Assembly: GCA_033763315.1 (NCBI GenBank)
Contig: JANRKS010000038.1
Coordinates: 1 to 63,694 of the forward strand
Source: Deltaproteobacteria bacterium
Lineage (GTDB): Bacteria; Myxococcota_A; Polyangia; Fen-1088
Length of the DNA: 63,694 nt
Direction of reading: 5' to 3'
The notes beneath the pieces are model-generated. The model was not told the DNA's origin and searched no databases. It saw only the letters and a list, made by a program, of their open reading frames with translations. A program made the translations under genes and the position numbers. Each line of letters begins with the position of its first letter. Within the stretch, counting starts at the first letter, position 1. Positions 57,053 through 63,694 of this stretch are shown piece after piece.

Positions 57053-58168
57053 ATGAAGACACGCGCAAGCAACACATCCTGGCCGCTGTTGGCTGCATTC
57101 GCGTTGGCTGGCTGTGCAACAACGGTTCCTCCGGGTCGAATCATAGGCGCCACCTATCCAAGGCATGAAGTTCAAGTGTTTTCGATGGGCGAAGGCTCTT
57201 TGCCGGAAGGCAAACGAAACATTTCCTACTTGCATTTACGACTCGCCGTGAAGAACGCGAGCCATAAGCAGTCCCTTACAATTGATCCGCGAAAGCAGTG
57301 GATATCGCTACCAGCTGGCACTGAAGTGCGCCCGGACTTCGCAGAGAGCGACCGCCAAACAGGGCTCCTCACCGTATCGCCGAAACGATCAGGCGCGATG
57401 GATCTATTTTACGATCTGCCGAACGATACCGACGAGTTTGAGTTTCATTGGACCGTCGCACAAGGCACCGATGAAGCCGTGGATCACACGATCAAGTTCA
57501 CCGTTCTGCAAAAAGCCGACGCGCCACCCGGTGCAGGCATCTGGGTGCCCACGGGACAGCCCGACGATCAATATTACGTTTCAACACTTCGCCCGTGGGC
57601 TGAACCAACGCACGATTGGTACTGGTGGCGGGACTCGGACTTTTACGCATGGATGCACCGGCCCCCGCTGCAGCAAGGCGACGAGACCATCGACACGCCC
57701 TCCTCTGACATCACCGTCCAGTCCGGATACGACGAGTGGTACTGGATGAACCCAAGCGCTTCTGTGCCGCCCGCATACGGAACTTCGGGCTTCTCCGACG
57801 CAGCTCCTTCTCCGCAAAGCCGCGGTGGTTGGCGACACGTTGTTCGCCGGCCGCGACGCGCGGTTCACAGGGCAGAACCATCGCGCGCGGACGAGCCCTA
57901 TCGAGCACCAGCTTCACACGCAGAGGAGCCCTATCGCGCGGAGCCCTCACGATCCGACTCTGAAACCAGAGCAAGTCATTCGCAAAGAGAGCAACGCTCC
58001 GAGGAAACCGAAAGCGCCACTTATCGTGCGCCACCGTCGCGAAGCGCCCATGAAGATCACCGCACTGCCGAGACCCGCCCGTCGCCCCGGAGTGCACCAT
58101 CGCCTTCAAGCCGCGAAAACCAAAGCGAAGCGTCTTCGGTGGGACGCAGTTGGCGCCGCCACCGTTGA
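57053..58168 (+). CDS. hypothetical lipoprotein with Trp-rich segment and low-complexity tail
   Basis: lipobox LAGC; WYWW/WYW motifs; tail repeats AEPSR / EPYRA. Confidence 0.65.
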   Translation: MKTRASNTSWPLLAAFALAGCATTVPPGRIIGATYPRHEVQVFSMGEGSLPEGKRNISYLHLRLAVKNASHKQSLTIDPRKQWISLPAGTEVRPDFAESDRQTGLLTVSPKRSGAMDLFYDLPNDTDEFEFHWTVAQGTDEAVDHTIKFTVLQKADAPPGAGIWVPTGQPDDQYYVSTLRPWAEPTHDWYWWRDSDFYAWMHRPPLQQGDETIDTPSSDITVQSGYDEWYWMNPSASVPPAYGTSGFSDAAPSPQSRGGWRHVVRRPRRAVHRAEPSRADEPYRAPASHAEEPYRAEPSRSDSETRASHSQREQRSEETESATYRAPPSRSAHEDHRTAETRPSPRSAPSPSSRENQSEASSVGRSWRRHR

Positions 58169-58195
58169 TTGGTGCGCCTAGAACACGGAGGTCAG

Positions 58196-58237
58196 AAAAA
58201 ATCAGCTGGTGACGCAAGCGTTTGCAGCCACCAGCTG
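58196..58237 (-). terminator. intrinsic terminator downstream of the small peptide gene
   Basis: minus strand CAGCTGGTGGCTGCAA-ACGC-TTGCGTCACCAGCTG-A-TTTTTT. Confidence 0.75.
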
Positions 58238-58246
58238 CGCGTTGCC

Positions 58247-58330
58247 TCAGATCAGGCCACGGTTGTGATTGAGGGCGATTCGCCCCGCTTTAAGGCCACT
58301 CGTAACTTTGATAGCTCCGACTTTTTTCAT
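58247..58330 (-). CDS. 27-aa small peptide MKKVGAIKVTSGLKAGRIALNHNRGLI (not in the ORF track)
   Basis: AAAGGAG 6 nt before the ATG; own terminator 9 nt after the stop; otherwise empty 470-bp intergenic region. Confidence 0.7.
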   Translation of the reverse strand: MKKVGAIKVTSGLKAGRIALNHNRGLI

Positions 58331-58636
58331 CCATTGCTCCTTTGCTGCGAAGATTGCCAAACGTGAGGAGCATCTGATACCTGCTGGGGAACTTCAACAA
58401 CTTCCGAAGATGCGATGTGCCAGGGTGAGTCACGTCGTGCGTTAGACACAACCCTGCCGGGCACGTTGGAAACAAAACGAAAAGTGGCGGCGATCGTGTT
58501 TGGCGATGCGGCTCGCAATCTTTAGAAGCTCAGGATGTCACCTTTGCTCTTCAAGCCTGCTGCAGCCGCGATCTTCTTTTTTGAATATGCTCGCGGCGCC
58601 GCTTGATGAATCTTTGTACCTAGCGGAACATGCGGC

Positions 58637-59425
58637 GTGAGAAACTCATCCACCACCGGGCTAGGATTGGGCCTGTGGCTGCTTGCCGCACCGTTCGTTC
58701 CGGGCTGCAGGCCAGAGCGTCCGGCCACACCGCCAGCCGCTGTTGCCAAATCCCCGCGGACGGTGGCGGCTGATCCTGTGGCGCCCTCGGTCGAAACGGT
58801 GGGCACTGATGAATGGAAGCGAAAGCTTTCGGTTGCCGCGTTTGCAGGCGAGACGCTCGCTTCTTGCTCCACCGTATCCGTTTCGCTTGATAAACAAAAC
58901 GCGGGTAACTACGACGCCGATAGCTTTGTAGGCGGTTTTCTTGCCGCCATGGCGGGCGACCATGTGACGGCGATGAAAGGCCGTGAGGCGTCGCTGCAAG
59001 AGACCGACGGCAGCGTGCTTGATGGCATCAGCCGCTTCGTCTCGATGAAAGAAGACGAGCTGCGCGAGGCCACGCGCGACAAGAAGAACGTGGCTGGCAT
59101 CGCCGAAGCACGCAAAATGCTCAAGACGTTTCTGTCCACCAGGTGGCCCACGCAGGACGTGGAAGTGGCAATCAAAAAAGGGACATTGGCCACAGTGCCA
59201 GATTGCGCGTTTCCCGATAGGACCGCGCTTGGCTCCTGCTCCATTCGACGCGGCCGCGAGGGCTTAAGGGTGTTCATCGTCGCAAACCATTACGCTGCAG
59301 GCGACGTAATCGATTCAGATCGAGCCTTGAAGATGTGCCTGCGGTTCGGCGGCGCTTGGCAAGGCGTGGCCAAACGCCCCGGCAAGCGCGAAGCATTGCC
59401 CCCACAGGCGGCCGCCGTGCCCTAA
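58637..59425 (+). CDS. hypothetical lipoprotein, Cys-containing
   Basis: lipobox-like VPGC; CAFPDRTALGSC, MCLRFGGAW. Confidence 0.6.
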   Translation: MRNSSTTGLGLGLWLLAAPFVPGCRPERPATPPAAVAKSPRTVAADPVAPSVETVGTDEWKRKLSVAAFAGETLASCSTVSVSLDKQNAGNYDADSFVGGFLAAMAGDHVTAMKGREASLQETDGSVLDGISRFVSMKEDELREATRDKKNVAGIAEARKMLKTFLSTRWPTQDVEVAIKKGTLATVPDCAFPDRTALGSCSIRRGREGLRVFIVANHYAAGDVIDSDRALKMCLRFGGAWQGVAKRPGKREALPPQAAAVP

Positions 59426-59524
59426 TCGCGGTCGAAGTTTTCGTAGGAATCACATTGGCCAGAAACTTGCACAGGTGGTCTGCTTTGCCCGCAGCGGCGG
59501 TGAAGTTGTTGATGCGTGTGACCG

Positions 59525-60172
59525 CTATCGCTTTGCTTTGCCGTACGTTTTGAACTTCTCTAAGACCCGCGCCATTTCATCATCGGGCAGCAACACCGGC
59601 TTGCCCATCTGCAACACGCGCACGTATTGCTCCGCCAAGTCTTCCACGGTGACCGTCAACGCCAGCGCCGCGGCAAGGTTGCTGCCCATCGCCACAATGC
59701 CGTGGTTGCCTATCAAGCAAGCCTTGCGATCTTGCAGCGCCACCAAGATCGAATCTGAAAGTTCTTGTGTGCCGAACGTGGCGTAGGTGGCGCAGCGAAG
59801 GTCATTGCCGCCCGCCGCCGCCACCATGTAGTGGAACGCGGGAATGCCTTGGTTCATGCACGCCAGCGCGGTGGAGAACGGCGGGTGTGCGTGCACAATC
59901 GCCTGCGCGTCGGGGCGCGCCCTATATATGTCGCGGTGAAATCGCCACTCGCTTGACGGGCGAGGAAACGTGTCTTCATCGGGCGTTTCATCCAGCCCCA
60001 CACTCACGATGCTTTCGGGGGTCAGCGCTTCATACGGAACGCCCGACGGCGTGATGAGGTAGCCTTCTGGAACGCGGGCGCTGACGTTCCCGCTGGTGCC
60101 TCGTGATAGGCCCTTGGGTGCAAGGTCTAGCGAGACGTTTACGATTTGTTGGCGAAGGTGCGCGTGGTTCAT
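59525..60172 (-). CDS. class II aldolase/adducin family (L-fuculose-phosphate aldolase-like)
   Basis: GTSGNVS, ITPSG, PSSEWRFH, VHAH, YATFGT, NHG. Confidence 0.9.
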   Translation of the reverse strand: MNHAHLRQQIVNVSLDLAPKGLSRGTSGNVSARVPEGYLITPSGVPYEALTPESIVSVGLDETPDEDTFPRPSSEWRFHRDIYRARPDAQAIVHAHPPFSTALACMNQGIPAFHYMVAAAGGNDLRCATYATFGTQELSDSILVALQDRKACLIGNHGIVAMGSNLAAALALTVTVEDLAEQYVRVLQMGKPVLLPDDEMARVLEKFKTYGKAKR

Positions 60173-60200
60173 GGGCATTTCAACGTCGGTGATATTGCCG

Positions 60201-61115
60201 TTAGGGGATCTTGTGCCCTTGCGCCGCTTCCCAAAGCGCGTACCAGTCACGACGATCCATTTTTAAGTCGCTGGCCGCCACAAGTTCACGCAGTCGATCT
60301 TCCTTGTTCGTTCCGATGACCGGCACGCAGCCGGAGGGGTGGGCCATCACCCATGCATGCGCCACGGTTGAAACAGACGCGCCACCATAGGTCTCGCGCA
60401 AGGACTGGCACAAGGCGCGCACGCGCACCGCGGCCGGATCGTCGCTGTTGAGCAGCCTTCCACCGCCGAGGGGTGACCACGCCATGGGATGAATGCGCAG
60501 TTGCTGGCACTGATCCAACGTGCCGTCATACATCGCTCCCATCGCCAACAGGTTCAGTTCCACTTGGTTCGTGACCAAGGGCTGCGAAAGGCACGATTGC
60601 AGAAGGTCGAATTGCGACACCGTATAGTTCGAGACGCCTGCATACCTCACTTTGCCGGCTGAGATGACCTGCTCGAGGCCCTGGGCGGTGTCTTGCGCGG
60701 CGGTGAACCAATCCGGGCGATGCACGAGCAACACATCCAGTGCGTCGACGCCCAGGAGCCGAAGCGACTTTTCCGTGCTCTTCACCACGCGCTCGGCCGA
60801 GGCATCATAGAACGCCACTTTGCGATCAGGGTGGCGAGGGTGAGGCACATAGATTCCGAACTTCGTGATGATCTGCAACTTCTGCTTGAGGTGCGGCGCC
60901 AACGCCAAGGCTTGGCCAATCCGCTCCTCCACGTCGTAACCACCGTAGATCTCGGCTGTGTCAAGCGTGGTGATGCCAAGGTCTACGCACAGCTCCAGTC
61001 GGCGTGCGATGGCCTGCGGCGTTGCCAAGGCAGGATCAGCAAGCAGGCGCCACGTGCCGTAAACCAGCCGGGACACCACAGGACCGTTGGGCGAGAGATT
61101 GAGGGGCTTCAACAT
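60201..61115 (-). CDS. aldo/keto reductase (YdhF-like)
   Basis: LVYGTWRL, DTAEIYG, LLVHRPD, GVSNY, NQVE, AWSPLGGG. Confidence 0.92.
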   Translation of the reverse strand: MLKPLNLSPNGPVVSRLVYGTWRLLADPALATPQAIARRLELCVDLGITTLDTAEIYGGYDVEERIGQALALAPHLKQKLQIITKFGIYVPHPRHPDRKVAFYDASAERVVKSTEKSLRLLGVDALDVLLVHRPDWFTAAQDTAQGLEQVISAGKVRYAGVSNYTVSQFDLLQSCLSQPLVTNQVELNLLAMGAMYDGTLDQCQQLRIHPMAWSPLGGGRLLNSDDPAAVRVRALCQSLRETYGGASVSTVAHAWVMAHPSGCVPVIGTNKEDRLRELVAASDLKMDRRDWYALWEAAQGHKIP

Positions 61116-61247
61116 GGGAGCTTTTTATCCGTTTGCAGCGCCGCCGTGAACTCAAGAGTTTCCTCCTGCGCGCGTCGGCGGGTAAGACAGGCACGCCAAG
61201 TGCATACCATGTATGTATGACGTCGATTTTACAAAGGGTGGGGCGAA

Positions 61248-61772
61248 ATGAGTTCGGATCGTAACGCTCGTACCCTGATCGCCTCTGGGGTGATGCTGGG
61301 CCTGGGCCTGGGCGGGTTCTTCGACGCGATCGTGTTCCGCCTGCTGCTGCAGTGGCACAGCGTGGTTTATAACAAGGTGCCGCCTGTCACCCTGTTTGGT
61401 CTGAGATACAACATGGTTTGGGACGGGCTGTTCTTGGCCGTCACATGGTTAGTCATGGCGGCCGGACTGATCTTGCTGTGGCACTCAGTCAAGCGTGCCC
61501 AAAAGCTGTGCCCTACGTCCGTCTTAACCGGTGCCTTCGCGACCGGTTGGGGCCTTTTCAATGTGATCGAGGGGCTGGTTAACCACCACCTATTGCAACT
61601 GCATCACCTCCATCCGGGACCGAACGAGCAGGCCTGGGACATCGGCTTCGTCGTGGTCGGAGCGGCGGCCGCTGCGGTGGGATCCTTGGTTGTGCTTGGC
61701 GGTCGGGCCAAGCCCCTTGAAAGCCTCATTTGTGCATCAACCGAATTGAAAAACCCAGCGAGGCAACACTAA
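61248..61772 (+). CDS. DUF2243-like membrane protein
   Basis: GLGLGGFFDAIV..LLQWH, WDGLF, GWGLFNVIEGLVNHHLL.LHH. Confidence 0.8.
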   Translation: MSSDRNARTLIASGVMLGLGLGGFFDAIVFRLLLQWHSVVYNKVPPVTLFGLRYNMVWDGLFLAVTWLVMAAGLILLWHSVKRAQKLCPTSVLTGAFATGWGLFNVIEGLVNHHLLQLHHLHPGPNEQAWDIGFVVVGAAAAAVGSLVVLGGRAKPLESLICASTELKNPARQH

Positions 61773-62251
61773 TGGACGCCATAGATTTTCTTGTGAAGCA
61801 CCACCGGCAGCTTGAGCAACAGTTGACGACTTTAAAGCGCAGCGAAACGGTGGATCAGAACGCGTTCGACGCGTTGGCCGATTCACTCGCCGCGCACATC
61901 ACGGTGGAAGAGGAGATCTTCTACCCGGCTGTGAAGGCACGCCGCACGGAAGAGATCCTGCTTGAATCGCTTGAAGAGCATCTGTCGCTCAAACGCGTGC
62001 TCGCGGACCTTCTGGATCTTGGAGCCAAGGATCAAAAGTTTAGTCCGAAGCTGCATGTCTTGGCCGAGCAAGCGGAACACCACCACGAAGAAGAAGAGGA
62101 ACACCTTTTTCCGAAGGTGAGAAAGGTATTGGATGATGCGCATCGTGAAACGCTGGGTGCCGAGATGAGCGCCCGGATGACCGCGTTGATGCAAGCGTCG
62201 CCGCGCGATCGTGTGCGATCGCAAACGGCAGAGTCGGCCGCGCTCGCCTGA
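61772..62251 (+). CDS. hemerythrin/HHE cation-binding domain protein
   Basis: HHRQL, HITVEEEIFYP, EEH, HHHEEEEEHLFP; TAATG coupling. Confidence 0.9.
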   Translation: MDAIDFLVKHHRQLEQQLTTLKRSETVDQNAFDALADSLAAHITVEEEIFYPAVKARRTEEILLESLEEHLSLKRVLADLLDLGAKDQKFSPKLHVLAEQAEHHHEEEEEHLFPKVRKVLDDAHRETLGAEMSARMTALMQASPRDRVRSQTAESAALA

Positions 62252-62306
62252 GCGCGATATGGATCGTCGTTTGCAATGAATTCGCAGACAAATCGCGGAG
62301 GAATCA

Positions 62307-63002
62307 ATGCCTAAGAAGACAAAGAGCAACAAGTCAGAACCAGCAGCCATCAAGATGTTGAAAGATCAGCACCGCGAGGTTGAAGAGCTTTTTGAAGAGT
62401 TCGAAGGAGCGGCTCAGAACGAAGACAGTGAAAAGGCGCGTGAGCTGGCAGGCGTGATTTGCGAGAAGCTCACGCTGCACGCAACCATTGAAGAAGAGAT
62501 CTTTTATCCAGCGGCACAGAGCGAAGAAACGGCCGATCAGTTGGAAGAAGCTGCCATTGAACACATCAGTGCGAAGCGTCTTATTGCTGATGTGGCCGAG
62601 GCGACGTCTGACAAGAAGCTGAAAGCTTTGATGTCGGTGCTCAAGGAGCAGATCGAGCACCACGTGGAAGAGGAAGAGGAGGAGCTGTTTCCCAAGGCGC
62701 AAGAAGCGTTGTCCGAAGATGAGATGGGGCCACTGGCCACCCACATGGAGGAACGCCTCGAAGAGCTCAAAGAACGCGGCTTGGGCAAGCTTGATATTCA
62801 AAGTGCTGCCGAGGCAGGCGACGAGGACGAAGAAGACGACGAAGACGCCGATGAGGAAGACGACGAGTTGGACGACGCGGACGATGAGGAAGAAGACGAC
62901 GAGGAATCCGCTGAACTCGATGAGGAAGAAGACGAGGCCGAGGCGCCGAAGCGCATGCCGGCGATCGCCAAGAAGACCGCTGGCCGTCGCAAGGCAAGCT
63001 AA
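62307..63002 (+). CDS. hemerythrin/HHE domain protein with long acidic C-terminal tail
   Basis: DQHREV, HATIEEEIFYP, HHVEEEEEELFP; D/E-rich tract; GGAGG RBS. Confidence 0.9.
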   Translation: MPKKTKSNKSEPAAIKMLKDQHREVEELFEEFEGAAQNEDSEKARELAGVICEKLTLHATIEEEIFYPAAQSEETADQLEEAAIEHISAKRLIADVAEATSDKKLKALMSVLKEQIEHHVEEEEEELFPKAQEALSEDEMGPLATHMEERLEELKERGLGKLDIQSAAEAGDEDEEDDEDADEEDDELDDADDEEEDDEESAELDEEEDEAEAPKRMPAIAKKTAGRRKAS

Positions 63003-63028
63003 ACGCACAGGCCAAGGTGGCCGCAGCT

Positions 63029-63694
63029 TCAGCTGTTGAGGTTGCGGTCGGCGTGGCTTTCGTCTTGTGTGAAGAAGGCGTGCACGTCTTGGATGTCTTC
63101 GGTGCGCGGGCACTCAGCGGGCAAACTGCTGAGCAAGCTTGCGCCATAGGATTTGCGTGTGATGCGGCCGTCTAGAATGGCCACGACGCCTCGATCAAAA
63201 CTGGTGCGTATCAAACGGCCGAAGCCTTGGCGTAACGCAAGGGCGGCCCGCGGAACTTGATACGCCCCGAAGGGATCGCCCTCTTGCTCGCGAATGCGTT
63301 CAATGCGTGCCGCTGTCAGTGGATCGTCGGGCACCGCAAACGGAAGCCTATCCATCACCACCAGCGACAAGGCTTGCCCTGGAACATCTACGCCTTCCCA
63401 GAAGCCCTGCGTGGCCAAGAGCACCGAGCCCACGTTGCTTTTGAGCGATTCAAGCAACACGTGGCGGGGCCGCTCGCCTTGCACCAACAACGGGAATTTG
63501 CCGCTCTTGCGAAACAGCGCCTCGGCCGTTTTCAAACTGCGAAAGCTTGTGAACAACAGCAACGCGCGCCCCCGAGAGGCCTCGCACAACTCGAACGCCC
63601 GCTCCGCCGCTGCCTCGGCGTAACTTGCGTGCATGGGATCGGGCAAGTCCGCGGGCAAGTACACCAGCGCTTGCTTGTGATAACGAAAGGGTGA
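63029..63694 (-). CDS. DinG/YoaA-family ATP-dependent DNA helicase, C-terminal part; truncated by window end
   Basis: LLLFTSF, FWEGVDVPG, RLPF, QGFGRLIRT..DRGVVAILDGR. Confidence 0.92.
   Translation of the reverse strand, partial: SPFRYHKQALVYLPADLPDPMHASYAEAAAERAFELCEASRGRALLLFTSFRSLKTAEALFRKSGKFPLLVQGERPRHVLLESLKSNVGSVLLATQGFWEGVDVPGQALSLVVMDRLPFAVPDDPLTAARIERIREQEGDPFGAYQVPRAALALRQGFGRLIRTSFDRGVVAILDGRITRKSYGASLLSSLPAECPRTEDIQDVHAFFTQDESHADRNLNS

Noticed and set aside
58169-58630. ORFs from the supplied track in this intergenic gap (58169-58366, 58290-58475, 58327-58518) or a pseudogene
   Set aside because: No RBS or recognisable motifs; the 27-aa ORF with RBS and terminator explains the region better.
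1-63694. tRNA, rRNA, prophage or integrase
   Set aside because: No T-loop/cloverleaf, rRNA-like tract, phage structural gene or recombinase recognised by eye; tRNAscan-SE/Infernal would be decisive.

Overview
A 63.7 kb GC-rich bacterial chromosome segment. Gene families and the lipoprotein/TPR/ECF style suggest Myxococcota (inference). It has about 55 CDS, and I saw no rRNA, tRNA or CRISPR array. Content in order: class-II UvrA (partial), SPFH protein, DsbA-like plus a ferritin-like/Fer4_19/2xCDGSH fusion, a PAS hybrid kinase, an FMN glutamate-synthase-family gene, an ECF sigma/anti-sigma operon, RegBA divergent from mbnP-mbnH-yeeE-yeeE, bioB, plsY, an alpha-carbonic-anhydrase-like gene, a CHAT + S8 protease cluster, two sugar-catabolism/ABC clusters, narK, two more ECF sigmas, two hemerythrins and a DinG-family helicase (partial). 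The most striking feature is an HUH/Y1 RAYT-type transposase (23455-24363) inside a ~5.8 kb zone with at least 10 copies of a 14-bp motif, AAATCAACC(T/C)GGGT, which I did not see elsewhere in the window. Several copies lie in frame inside neighbouring genes: one pair lengthens the catalytic signature loop of a CDP-alcohol phosphotransferase, and one copy breaks the 12-aa repeat register of a TPR protein. This suggests a transposase that writes a short motif into nearby DNA. A second hidden element is a 27-aa peptide gene (58247-58330, minus strand) with its own strong RBS and terminator. All coordinates and counts were read by eye; start codons are best estimates.
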